Origin: Amphiscolops sp. MND2022
Taxonomy: Eukaryota
DNA length: 64,000 nucleotides
Direction: 5' to 3'
Assembly: GCA_964187785.1 (NCBI GenBank)
Contig: OZ076409.1
Coordinates: 72,542,001 to 72,606,000 of the forward strand
Made by a program: the position numbers and the translations under genes. Position 1 is the first letter of the stretch. Every line of letters begins with the position of its first letter. The notes beneath the pieces are model-generated. The model made no database searches. It saw only the letters and a list, made by a program, of their open reading frames with translations, and was not told the origin of the DNA. Shown piece after piece: positions 40,376-53,879 of the stretch.

Positions 40376-42364
40376 GTGGGCGGGGGTAATTCCCCAACAA
40401 AAATTACGGCCGGCGGGTTGGGTCCTGCCGGACGTTCAAATAGCGCGAAGCATCTAGTAGAAAACAAGGAGTCCTGAAACAGCGATTTTAAAATTGAACC
40501 GTTAGAATTTGGTTTTAGATTGCATGCGGCCCTAAAATCCCCATACGAATGGAAGTTCCTGCTGGCGTTAAGCGATTGAAATAATATATAAAAAGTTATG
40601 GCCCATTTTTGGGTCACCGAGAAGGTCAAAATGAGGAAAATTTTAACTAAGTTGCTGATAACTCAAAATGTGTTAAATTTTGGACTTTGACTGTGAAACA
40701 AGCTTGGAACCTTCATTTCGTGGCTGTGGCATTGCACTGAACACAAAAGATGTAAAGGTTTCACATTTTTTGAAAATTCGACATTTTTGAATTTTTTTTC
40801 ACTACTATCAGTACACTATATGTCAAAAACACCTCTGAAAAATTTTTTTATTTGCTTAAATTAAGAAACCTCGGTATCCATGGTTTCCGTCAGTACCTAC
40901 TCGCTGCCAAACACTCAACAGTTTGCATCCAATGTGAAAATAAATTTTTTTTCGAGGTCTTAGGTGTTTCACAAGGATTTCTCAACTTAGTATCAATTTA
41001 CAAATTGGTCATTTTGAACACATTATTTTCATCGAAGCGTGTCATATACCGCCCTAATGCTCACGAACGGGCCTACTGGCAACGTTGGAACCATTTATAG
41101 TAATAAAAAGTTTTAAAAAAAATTTTTCACCCCGTCTTCAGTCATTTTACACACTTTCGGAACTTAACTTAGAAAAATTTCAACCAAAAACCCATTTTTT
41201 GTCAAGTCGAAAATTCAAATTCAGCTTTTTAAGCAAAATAAATAAATCTGACATAACCAGTGGGGCCCATGAAACTCAAAACCACGATTGAGACTGGTAT
41301 CAATGGCTCCAATAACATATGAGTCGCGATAAGACGCTATTTTGAGCAAAACATCTCAATTGAGGTAAAGATCTCGCAAGCCAGCGATCACTGTGAAATG
41401 TGATTTCATCAAAAATTTACTCTTTTTTGTCAATCACTATGTGCACAGAATGCGTAGGGTGCGTTTCAGCACTATAATGAGGTTTTTGAAGGCATCGAGT
41501 TGCTCAAGGGGTGGTATGAGACATTTTTGTCCCATATACTACTGTAGTTTCCAAAATTTTTACCCCAGTGTCTGGAAATACAAACTTGACAAAATACTTT
41601 CAACTACTTTATTCAAAGGTTACAATATAGATGAACACTGTGGTTGATAAGAAACTTTCATCTCTTTCGTTTTCGGAAATATTTCCGTTCGCATGTGTTA
41701 CATTCATAGCAGAAAAAAAAATCGAAACTGAAAAATACGCTATTTTGCTGATATAGAATCGCAATGATTGTGCCTAAAAACTCTTTAAACACTTCTAACG
41801 CAACCTTACGCACCCAAAATGATCGAAAATGCTATTCACAATGGTGACATGTGCTCTTTCTACGATCCTGGCTGGACAAGGTTTGCATATTTTTCAAGTA
41901 CCTGTCAGCTAAATCTTGTGATAGCCTTTTCAGTTGGCCTTGTGTCAACTTGGGAAGGCTATCACATCAAAAAACCATCAACAAAAATAATTATTGTTTA
42001 TTGGATCTTACAGTCGATACTTTTTTTCGTGATTCTATACTACCGTTAGTATATTTCATCAGGTCACCTTATGATTGCATTCAGTCTTTGATAAAAACCT
42101 ATGAACTCAAAGTCACATTTATATATTTTTTTGCCAAAAAATAACATCAAAAATATCTAAAATATATAAAATAGAGTCTTTAACATTTTTACGTTTCAAG
42201 TTTTTGCCGTTATTAGGCCAATCAACGTCCTAGAGCCACATCCTGCTACATACTGTACAACGCCACATAGTGTTGTGACGTGCACAGTCTGTGGGCATGC
42301 CGAGGCATGCCCTTCGACGACGCATGCCGAATACCGCGGGCCTACGCCCGCGCTCCCCGGCTAG
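40376..42364 (+). mobile_element. Unit 17, ~2-kb family (1989 bp); near-identical to unit 1
   Basis: Same diagnostic head and body as units 1/11/21. Confidence 0.6.
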
Positions 42365-44349
42365 GTGGGCGGGGGTAATTCCCCAACAAAAATTACGGCC
42401 GGCGGGTTGGGTCCTGCCGGACGTCAAATAGCAAAAAATATCTAGTAGGAAACGGCGACACAGAATCGCGATTTTTAAATCTAACCACAATTTTTTGGAC
42501 TTGGAGTGCATGCGGCCCTGAAATGCCCATACGAATCGAAGTTCCTGCTGACATTAAGCGATTGAAATAATATATAAAAAGTTATAGCCCATTTTTCACT
42601 CACAAAGAAGGGTAAAATGAGGAAATTTTTAACAAAGTCGCTGATAACTCAAAATAAGTTAATTTTTGGACATTGACTGTGAAACAAGCTCGGAACCTTC
42701 ATTTCGTGGCTGTGGCATTGCACTGAACACAAAAGATGTAAAGTTTTTACTTTTTTTGAAAATTCGAAATTTTTGAAATTTTTTTCACTACTATCAGTAC
42801 CCCATATGTCAAAAACGCCTCAGAAAATATTTTTTATTTGCTTTAAATTGGAAACCTTGGTATCCATGGTTTCTGTCGGATCCTACTCGCAGTCAAACAC
42901 CCAACAGTTTGCATCCAATGTGGGAATAAAAATTTTTTCGGGGTCATAAGCGTTTCACAAGGATTTCTCAACTTAGTTTCAATTTACAAATTGGTCACAT
43001 TGAACACATTATTTTCATCGAAGCGCGTCAGATACCACCCTAAAGCTCACGAACGGTCCTACTGGCAACGTAGCAACCATTTATAGTAATATAAAAGATA
43101 AAAAAATTTTTTTCACCCGGTCTTCAGTCATTTTTCAGTCATTCGGAACCTAACTTAGAAAAATTTCGAACAAAATACCCATTTTTTGTCAGGTCGAAAA
43201 ATCAAATTCAGATTTTTAAGCAAAATTATTAACTCTGACGTAACTCATGGGGCCCATGATACTCAAAACAACGATTGACACTGGTATCAATGGCTCCAAT
43301 AACATATGAGTCGCGATCGGACGTTATTTTGAGCAATACGTCTCAATTGAGGTAAAGATCTCGCAAGCCAGCGATCACTGTCAAATGTGATTTCATCAAA
43401 AATTTACTCATTTTTGTCAATCATTATGTGCACAGAATGCGTAGGGTGCGTTTCAGCACTATAATGAGATTTTTGAATGCATCGAGTTGCTCAAGGGGTG
43501 GTACGAGACATTTTTGTCCCATATACTACTGTATTTTCCAAAATTTTTAGCCCAATATCTGGAAATACAAACTTGACAAAATACTTTCAACTACTTTATT
43601 CAAAGGTTACAATATAGATGAACACTGTGGTTGATCAGAAACTTTCATCTCTTTCGTTTTCCGAAATATTTTCCTTCGCATGTGTTATATTTGTATCAGA
43701 AAAAAAATCGAAACTGAAAAATACGCTATTTTGGTAATATAGAATCGCAATGATTGTGCCTAAAAACTCTTTAAACACTTCTAACGCGACCTTACGCACC
43801 CAAAATGATCGAAAATGCTTTTCACAATGGTGACATGTGCTCTTTCAACGATCCTGGCTGGACAAGGTTTGCATATTTTTCAAGTACCTGTCAGCTGAAT
43901 CTTGTGATAGCCTTTTAAGTTGGCCTTGTGTCAACTTGGGAAGGCTATCACATCAAACAACCATCAACAAAAATAATTTTTGTTTATTGGATTTTACAGT
44001 TGATACCTTATTTCGTGATTCTATACTACCGTTAGTATATTCCATGAGGTCACCTTACGATTGCATTCAGACTTTGATGAAAACCTATGAACTCAAAGTC
44101 ACATTTATATATTTTTTGCCCAAAAAAATCATCAAAAACATCTAATATATATAAAATAGAGTCTTTAACTTTTTTACGTTTCAAGTTTCTGCCGTTATTA
44201 GGCCAATCAACTTCCTACAGCCACGCTCTCTGTCATACTGTACAACGCCACATAGTGTTGCGACGTGCACGGTCTGTGGGCATGCCGAGGCATGCCCTTC
44301 GACGACGTATGCCGAATACCGCGGGCCTACGCCCGCGCTCCCCGGCTAG
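42365..44349 (+). mobile_element. Unit 18, ~2-kb family (1985 bp); near-identical to unit 6
   Basis: Shares diagnostic variants with 10803-12787. Confidence 0.6.
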
Positions 44350-47300
44350 GTGGGGGGGATATATCTCCACTTTTTTTGCGACCGCGGGTAGGGTCCTGTC
44401 GGGAGCTTCTATTTACCAAGCTTACGGCGCTATATACTAGAGAAAATTTTTCCGGCACCGAACTTTTTTTTGAACCATAGGATTTGTACCATTTTTTGCA
44501 TGCGGCAATTATTTGGGCATACAAGACGAAGTTCCTGCTGACGTTAAGCGATGGTTTCATTGTGTAACGAGATATAGCCACTTTTTGGTGCGAATTTTGA
44601 GGTATTTTTGAGAAAAATTTTACAAACAGCTCGAATGCAAAAAATTGAAAAACTTGTGACAATCGACCTATCACTGGTTTAAACCTTCGATTCTTTGCCC
44701 TAGCAATGCACTAGACCCAAAAGATCTAAAACTTTTACATTTTCCAAAAATTTGACCAAATTGACTCGGGTTTCACTACTATATGTAACCAATGTGACAA
44801 AAACACCTCAGAAAAAAAATTTTATTTGCTTAAATTTAGAAACCTTGGTATCCATGGTTTCTGTCGGAACCTACTCGCAGCCAAACACTCAACAGTTTGC
44901 ATCCAATGTGAATTTAAATTTTTTTTCGAGGTCATAGGTGTTTCACAAGGATTTCACAACTTAGTTTCATATTACAAATTGGTCATTTTCAACATCATAT
45001 TTCCATCGAGGCATGTCGGATAGAGTCTTATTGCTTACGAACGGTCCTACTGGCAACGTGTTAACCATTTATAGAAATACAAAGTTATAAAAAAATTTTT
45101 CACCCGTTCCTCCATCATTTTTCAGACATTCGGAACTTATCTTAGAAAAATTTCGTCTCAAAAACCCATTTTTTGTCAGGTCGAAAACTCAAATTCAGCT
45201 TTTTAAGCACAATTATTAACTCTGACGTAACCAGTGGGGCCCATGATACTCAAAACAACGATTGGGGTTGGTACCATTGGCTCAAATAACATATGAGTCG
45301 CGATAAGACGTTATTTGTAGCCATACGTCTCAATTGATGTAAACATCTCGCAAGCCAGGGATCTCTGTGAAATGTGATTTCATCAAAAAGTTACCCATTT
45401 TCGCCAATTACTATGTGCACAGAGTGCGTAGGGTGAGTTTCAGCACTATAATGAGGTTTTTGAAGGATTCGGGTTGCTCAAAGTGTGGTATGAGACATTT
45501 TTTTCCCATATACTACTGTATTTTCCAAAAATTTTAGCCCATTATCTGGAAAAACTAACTTGACAAAATACTTTCAGTTACTCTATTCGAAGCTTAGAAT
45601 ATAGATGAACACTGTGGTTGATCAGAAACTATTAACTATTTTGTTTTTAGAAAAAAACTGCCTTGCATGTGTTACATTAGTGGCAGGAAAAATACCAGTA
45701 GCTCCAAAAATCAAAAATTTGGACGGACAGACTTCCAATGATGCGAAACAAAAACGTTTCAACAACTTCTGACGCCACTTTTTTTACCCAAGAGGTTCGA
45801 AAACACCATTAACAATGCTGACATTCGCAATAAATAAGATCGAGGTCTATTTACTAACACTTAGGTTTTAAATTTTTTTCTCGGAAACCCATTATTGTCA
45901 GGTCGCAAATTCAAATTTGGTTTTGGAAGCAATACTTTTCACTCTGAAGCAAACCGTTGGGCCCAAAATACTCAACAACAACAAAAAGACTATCACCATA
46001 TGCTCTAATAACATATGAGATGCGACTGTATGTTTTTAACACAATAACTCTCATTCTGAAGTAAACATGTTGAAAGCCTTGCATCACCGTGAGAAAAGAT
46101 TTCATCAAAAAATATTTCTTTTTCGTCAATCACTAAATACACAGAACCCGTTGTGTTAGTTTCAGTCGTGAAATGAGGTTCTACCGTAATATCGGTTGCT
46201 CAAGGTGTTGTATAAGGCAAAAACTTCCTCTTTTCTACTAACTTCTTCAAATATTTCAACTCTTTGTCACACGAAGTTAATATTCAAAATCTCTTTGAAT
46301 TGTTTCTTAAGGTTGTGGTGAATTGTTAGAACAATTACTATGATCGAAGAATGCTAGTATTGGTGTTTGGACCATGTCCGGATGAACAAATCGCAAAATC
46401 AAGAAAAAATTGTTTCCTTTTTTGGTTATTTTGGCAGTACTAAAAATGTTAGCTGATAAATAATTTTTTCGAAGGCACCATTGGATTCCGCTCAAAAAGT
46501 TGATTATAAGACTTGTGTAATAACCCCGTATCTTTTCAATTTAAATAAATTTAAAAAGCAAACTTTTTTGACGAAAATCCTAAAAATCATACCATTTCCT
46601 AAAAAATTTCAAATGCACTCCATTTGACGTATAAGAATAGCACAGAAAACTATCATATACCGATCAACTCTACTCCCATTGTAGACTATTAGAATTTTGT
46701 TTTAATTGAATTTTGAAGAATAATAAAAAATTTTGAACCCTCCAAAAATGGACCAAAATTACACGAAAAAATTGACCTTAAAATTTTAAAATGTCAAAAA
46801 ATCATCAAAACCACAGCTTCTTGGGGTTCTATCAACTCCACGTGGTCCACAGAGTACGCTAAAACAGGTTTTACCCGTTTTTGAGCAATATGTGAAAAAG
46901 CCGACATTTTTGGGAGAGAAAAACATACCATTTCCTAAAATATTTCAAATGCACGCCATTTGCCGTATGAGAATAGCACAGAAAACTATCACATACCGAT
47001 CAACTCTACTTTCATTGTAGATGATTAGAAGTTAGTTTAAATAAAAATTAGACGGATAATAAAAAAATATAAATCCTCCAAAAGTGGGCAAAAATTACAC
47101 GAAAAAATTGTCCTTAAAATATTAAAATGTCGAAAAATCATCAAAACCACAGCTTCTTGGGGTTCTATCAACTCCACGTGGTCCACAGAGTACGCTAAAA
47201 CAGGTTTTACCCGTTTTTGAGCAATATGTGAAAAAGCCGACATTTTTGGGAAAGAAAAACATACCATTTCCTAAAATATTTCAAATGCACGCCATTTGGC

Positions 47301-49115
47301 GTATAAGAATAGCACAGAAAACTACCATATACCGATCAACTCTACTCCTATTGTAGATTATTAGAACTTTGTTTTGAATGAATTTTGATGGATAATAAAA
47401 AATTTTGAACCCTCCGAAAATGGGCTAAAATTACACGAAAAAATTGACCCTAAAATTTTAAAATGTCTAAAAATCATCAAAACCACAGCTTCTTGAGGTT
47501 CTATCAACTCCACATGGCCCACAGAGTATGCCAAACCAGGTTTTGCGCGTTTTTGAGCAAAATTTAGGAAAGCCGATTTTTTTGAGGAAGAAAAACATAT
47601 CATTTCCTAAAAAACTTCAAATGCACGCCATTTGGCGTATAACAATAGCACAGAAAACTATCACATACCAATCAACTCTACTCTTTTTGTAGATTACCAG
47701 AAGTTTGCTTAGAATAACTTTTGATGAATATTTATAAATTTTAAACCCTCCTAATATGGGCCAAAATCACACGGAAAAATTGACCCTAAGTATTAAAATG
47801 TCAGATATTCATCAAAACCCCAGCTTCTTGGGGTTCTATCATTCCCATATGACTTTCAGAGTATACCAAACAAGTTATTAACATTGGGCGATAATTAAAA
47901 AGACCAATTTTATTCTGAAGAAAACCATAACATGTTCAATATAAGAAGTGAATCATTCCACATATATACCCTGTCTAATATTCTAAATTAGCAAAAAAAA
48001 TATACTTGATGTTTTTTTAATGTGAGCTTCATAAAAGGTTGAGATGTGATAATACGTAAATGGATTCCAAGTTTCATCGAAAAGTCAATGGAATACGTCC
48101 AATCAACTTCAATCTTAACAATTCGATAACAAAAAACACTTAAGTACATTCCATCTCCCTATCGGGGAGATGAGAATGTACTTTTCAAAAACTAAAAACT
48201 TAGATCTTTCTATCTTTTGTAACACTTACTGTAACAGCTGAACTGATGAAAGAAGAATTATTCTTCTAATAACTTCAAGATTTTTTGCTTCACCTTTTAT
48301 TTCTGCAGAACATAACCATAAGACATACATATTTTTCGCAGTTAAGTTCGACTGTATTACCCAGTGAACAAAGGTATGACAGGAAGATTACAAGTTGTCT
48401 CAAAACTTTCCCGCCTTCCAATATCATGAAACGTCTACACAACCAAGATAGTAAAGGAATGAATGTGGAATGCATCATTTTAGTTAAAATAAATAACGTG
48501 TAGAACTTACCTTTATCTGAAGATGACGTTGATTTATGATCTTTAGAGGATAGTTCAATTTTTGACCATAATAGTGCGAAACTAATTATTATACGAATAA
48601 TGGCGTGGAAAGCGTTCAGAAATTGCAGTATTTTCGATTCGAGCATGTATGCGTGGGTTCCTTTGGTGGCATTAGCTTAGTGTACATGATGGAAGTTTTC
48701 GATCTATTATGATAAAATTTACTCACAAGTCTTTCTTTTTCCTATTTTTTTATGCCATTAAGTACATTCATTCTATCCCCTTCTCTGGGAATGTACGTTT
48801 GCCAAATGACTGTCATCCAAATTTTGCATTCGCGAAGAGTTTAAATACATAAACACGTCTTTAGCGTTTCCAAATCACAACCGATTAACACTTTTAAATT
48901 TTTTTTTATGAAAAATGATAATTTGTTTTGATTTTGGTATCTTCTACTTTTATCATCCATCATAACAAGCACCTTACCATGTCTCTCGCTTGTCTTCATT
49001 TTACAACGCCACATAGCGTTCCGACTCCCACCGTCTGTGGGCATGCCGAGGCATGCCCTTCGACGACGTATGCCAACTACTTTTTATATCTACACCCGAT
49101 TGCGGTAGCGGCTAG
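44350..49115 (+). mobile_element. Unit 19, long family subtype L3 (4766 bp) with a divergent head
   Basis: Head GTGGGGGGGATATATCTCCAC...CCGCGGG-TAGGGT-CCTGTCGG; 336-bp repeats from 46588; type II hairpin 48142-48183. Confidence 0.6.
46588..47930 (+). repeat. Internal tandem repeat, ~4 x 336 bp (unit 19)
   Basis: Anchor at 46588, 46924, 47260 and 47596. Confidence 0.9.
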
Positions 49116-52100
49116 GTGGGCGGGGGTAATTCCCCAACAAAAAAATCGGCCGGCGGGTCGGGTCCTGCAGGCCGTCCAAAATCAAAATCCTCCTAGTAGA
49201 AAACGGCATGTCAAACGAGCTATTTTTTTATTTAACCATACGAATTTCACCATTTTTTGCATGCGGCCCTGAAATGGCCATACGAGACGAAGTTCCTGCT
49301 GACGTTTTGCGATGTAAATGTTTTATATAAAGTTGTGGCCGATTTGTCACTTACCTAGAAGGGCAAAATGAGGAAAATTTTTACAAAGTCGCTGATAACT
49401 CAAAATGTGGTAATTTTTGGACTTTGACTGTGAAACAAGCTTGGAACCTTCATTTCGTGGCTGTGGCATTGCATTGAACACAAAAGATCTAAGGTTTTTA
49501 CATTTTTTGAAAATTCGACATTTTTGAAAATTTTTTCACTACTATCAGTACCCCATATGTCAAAAACACCTCAGAAAAAAATTTTTATTTGCTTTAAATT
49601 GAAAACCTTGGTAGCCATGGTTTCTGTCGGAACATACTCGCTGCCAAACACCCAACAGTTTGCATCCAGTGTGAATTTAAAAATTTTTTCGAGGTCTTAG
49701 GTGTTTCACAAGGATTTCTCAACTTAGTATCAAATTACAAATTGGTCATTTTAAACACATTATTTTCATCGAAGCGTGTCAGATACCGCCCTAATGCTCA
49801 CGAACGGGCCTACTGGCAACGTTGGAACAATTTATAGTAATATAAAAGGTTTAAAAAATTTTTTTCACCCGGTCTTCAGTCATTTTTCAGACATTCGGAA
49901 CATAACTTAGAAAATTTTCGACCCAAATACCCATTTTTTGTCAGGTCGAAAATTAAAATTCAGCTATTAAAGCAAAATTATTTACTCTGACGTAACCAGT
50001 GGGGCCCATGATACTCAAAAACACCATTGGCACTGGTACCAATGGCTCCAATAACATATGAGTCGCGATAAGACGTTATTTTGAGCAATACGTCTCAATT
50101 GAGGTAAAGATCTCTCAAGCCTGGGATCACAGTTAAAAGTGATTTCGTCACAAATTTACTCTTTTTCGTCAATCACTATGTACACAGAGTGCGTAGGGTG
50201 AGTTTCAGCACTATAATGCGGTTTTTGAAGGAATCGGTCTGCTCAAGGGGTGGTATGAGACATTTTTTTTGCATGTAGTACTATATTTCTCAAAACTTTT
50301 AGCCCAATATCTCGAAAAGCTCACTTCGCAAATTACTTTCAGTTACTCTATTCGAAGCTTAGAATATACATGAACACTGTGGTTGATCAGAAACTCTTGA
50401 CTATTTTGTTTTTGGAAAAAAACTGCCTTGCATGTGTTACATTAGTGGCAGGAAAAATACCAGTAGCTCCAAAAATCACAATTTTGGACGGACAGACCTG
50501 CAATGATGCAAAGCAAAAACGTTTCAACAACTTCTGGCGCCACTTTTTTTACCCAAGAGGTTCGAAATTACTATTAACAATGCTGACATTCGCTATAAAT
50601 AAGATCGAGGTCAATTTACTAACACTTAGGTTATACATTTATATCTGAGAAACCATTCTTTGTCAGGTCGCAATTTTAAATTTAGTTTGGGAAGCAATAC
50701 TTTTCACTCTGAAGCAAACCGTTGGGCCCAAATTACTCAAAAACTACAAAAAGACTGTCACCATATGCCCTAATAGCATATGAGATTCGACCGTATGTTT
50801 TTAACACAAAAACTCTCATCCGAAGTAAACATGTTGAAAGCCTTGAATCACCGTGAGAAATGATTTCATCAAAAAATATTCCTTTTTCGTCAATCTTTAT
50901 CTACACAGAACACGTTGTGTCATTTTCAGCCGTGAAATGAGCTTCTACCGTAATATGGGTTGCTCAAGGTGTTGTATAAGACAAAAACTTCCTCTTTTCT
51001 ACTATCTTCTTCAAATATTTCAACCCTTTGTCACAAGAAGTTAATATTCAAAATCTCTTTGAAATGTTTCTTTAGGTTGGGGTGAAGTGTTAGAACAATA
51101 ATTATGATCGAAGAATGATAGTATTGGTGTTTGGACCATGTCCGGATGAACAAATTGCAATATCATGAAAAATTTCTTACCATTTTTGGTCATTTTGTCA
51201 GTACTAAAAATGTTAGCTGAAAAAGAATTTTTTTGATGGCACCATTGGATTCCTCTCAAAAAGTTAGCTATATGAACTGTGTAATAACCCCGTATCTTTT
51301 CAATTTAAATAATTTTAAATAGCAAACTTTTTTGACTAAAATCCTAAAAATCATACCATTTCCTAAAAAATTTCAAATGCCCCCCATTTGACGTATAAGA
51401 ATAGCACAGAAAACTATCACAAACCGATCGACTCTACTTCCATTGTAGATTACCAGAATTTTGTTTAGAACAATTTTTGACGGATGCAAAAAAAATTTAA
51501 ACCCTCCAAAAAAGGGCCAAAATTACACGAAAAAATTGACCTTAAAATTTTAAAATGTCGAAAAATCATCAAAACCACAGCTTCTTGGGGTTCTATCAAC
51601 TCCACGTGGTCCACAGAGTATGTTAAAACAAGTTTTACCCGTATTTTAGCAATATGTGAAAAAGCCGACTTTTTTGGGAATGAAAAACATACCATTTCCT
51701 AAAAAATTTCAAACGCACCCCATTTGACGTATAAGAATAGCACAGAAAACTATCACATACCGATCGACTCTACTTCTATTGTAGGTTACCAGAATCTTGT
51801 TTAGAACAATTGTTGACGGATGCAAAAAAAAATTAAACCCTCCAAAAATGGGCCAAAATTACACGAAAAAATTGACCTTAAATTTTTAAAATGTCAAAAA
51901 ATCATCAAAACCACAGCTTCTTGGGGTTCTATCAACTCCACGTGGTCCACAGAGTATGCTAAAACAGGTTTTACATGTTTCTGAGCTATATGTGAAAAAA
52001 CCGACATTTTGGGGAAGAAAAACATACCATTTCTTTAAAAATTTCAAATGCACGCCATTTGCCGTATGAGAATAGCACAGAAAACTATCACATACCGATC

Positions 52101-53879
52101 AACTCTACTTCTATTGTAGATTATCAGATTTTTGTTTAGAACAAACTTTTATGGATATAAAAAATTTTTAAACCCTCCAAAAATGAGCCAAAATAACACG
52201 AAAAAATGGACCCTAAATTTTTAAAATGTCAAAAAATTATCCAAACCACAGCTTCTTGGGGTTCTATCAGCTCCACATGGTCCACAGAGTATGCTAAAAC
52301 AGGTTTTGCCCGTTTTTGAGCAGTATATGAAAAAGCCGACATTTTTGGGGAAGAAAAACATACCATTTCCTAAATAATTTCAAATGCAGGCAATTTGCCG
52401 TATGAGAGTAGCACAGAAAACTATCACACACCGATCAACTCTACTTCTTTTGTAGATTATCAGAATTATGTTTAGAGTAAAGTTTTATGGATATGAAAAA
52501 TTTTTATACCCTCCAAAAATGGGCCAAAATGACACGAAAAAATTGACCTCAAATTTTTAAAATGTCAAAAAATTATCCAAACCACAGCGTCTTGGCGTTC
52601 TATCAACTCCAAATGACCTTCAGAGTATACCAAACCAGGTATTGCCAATCTTTTGAGCAATATTTAAAAACACCGACTATTTGGCAAGAACACCATAATA
52701 TGTTCCATATAAGAAGTGAATCATTCCACATATATACCCGGTCTAATATTTCCAAATTAGCGATAACATTTATACATGATGGTTTTTGAAAGTGAGCTTC
52801 ATAAGAGGTTGAGATGTAATAATACGTAAATGGACCCTAAGTTTCATTGAAATCTCAATGGAATACGTCCAATCAACTTCAATCCTAACTATTATATAAC
52901 AAAAAACACTTGAGTACATTCCATCTCCCCATCGGGGGAGATGAGAATGTACTTTTCAAAAGCCAAAAACTTCGAATTTTAAATCTTTTGTAACATTGTA
53001 TGTGACTGTTGAAACGATGAACGAATGAAAATGCTTCTAGTACCTTCATCAATTTTTGCTTCAGCTCCTATTTCTGCAGAACAAAACCAAAAGACACACT
53101 TACAGCAGTTAAGTTCGATTGTATAACTCAGTGAGTAAAGGTATGACTGAGGAAGTTCACAAGTTGTTTCAAAAGTTTCCGGCCTTCCAAAATCATGAAA
53201 CGTCCACACAACCAAGATAGCAAGTGAAAGAATGCTGAATGCACCTTATTAGATGAGATAAATAATGTGTGGAACTTGCCATTATCTCAAGATGACGTTG
53301 ATTTATGATCTTTTAAGGATAGTTCGATATGTGACCACAATAGTGGAAAACTTATTACTATTTGAAGAACACCGTGGAAAGCGTTCAGAAAGGACAGTAT
53401 ATTTGTTTCGAGCATGCATGCGTGTGTTCCTTTGGTGACGTTAGCTTAGTGTACATGACGGAGGTATTCGAGAGATTATGATAGAGTTTACTCACAAGTC
53501 TTTGTTTTTTTAAACTTTCTATGCCGTTGAGTACATTCGTAAGGTACATCCATCCCCTTCTCTGGGAATGTACGTTTGCCAAATGACTGTCATCCAAAAT
53601 TCGTAATCCGGACGAGTTTAACTACATAAACATGTGATGAGCGTTTTCAATTCACAACCGAATAACATTTTTTTTCTCGAAAATGATGATGGTTTTGATT
53701 TTGATGTCTTCTACTTTTATCATCATGCAAACGACCTTACCATGTCTCTCTTCTGTCGTCATTTGTACAACGCCACATAGCGTTCCGACGCCCACCGTCT
53801 GTGGGCATGCCGAGGCATGCCCTTCGACGACGTATGCCAAATGAGCCATACCCGCACTCTGGAGTGCGGTAGCGGCTAG
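49116..53879 (+). mobile_element. Unit 20, long family, chimeric (4764 bp): unit-16-like 5' kb plus L2 body
   Basis: Matches unit 16 up to ~50110, then unit 13; type II hairpin 52913-52953. Confidence 0.6.
51352..52695 (+). repeat. Internal tandem repeat, ~4 x 336 bp (unit 20)
   Basis: Same monomer series as unit 13. Confidence 0.9.
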
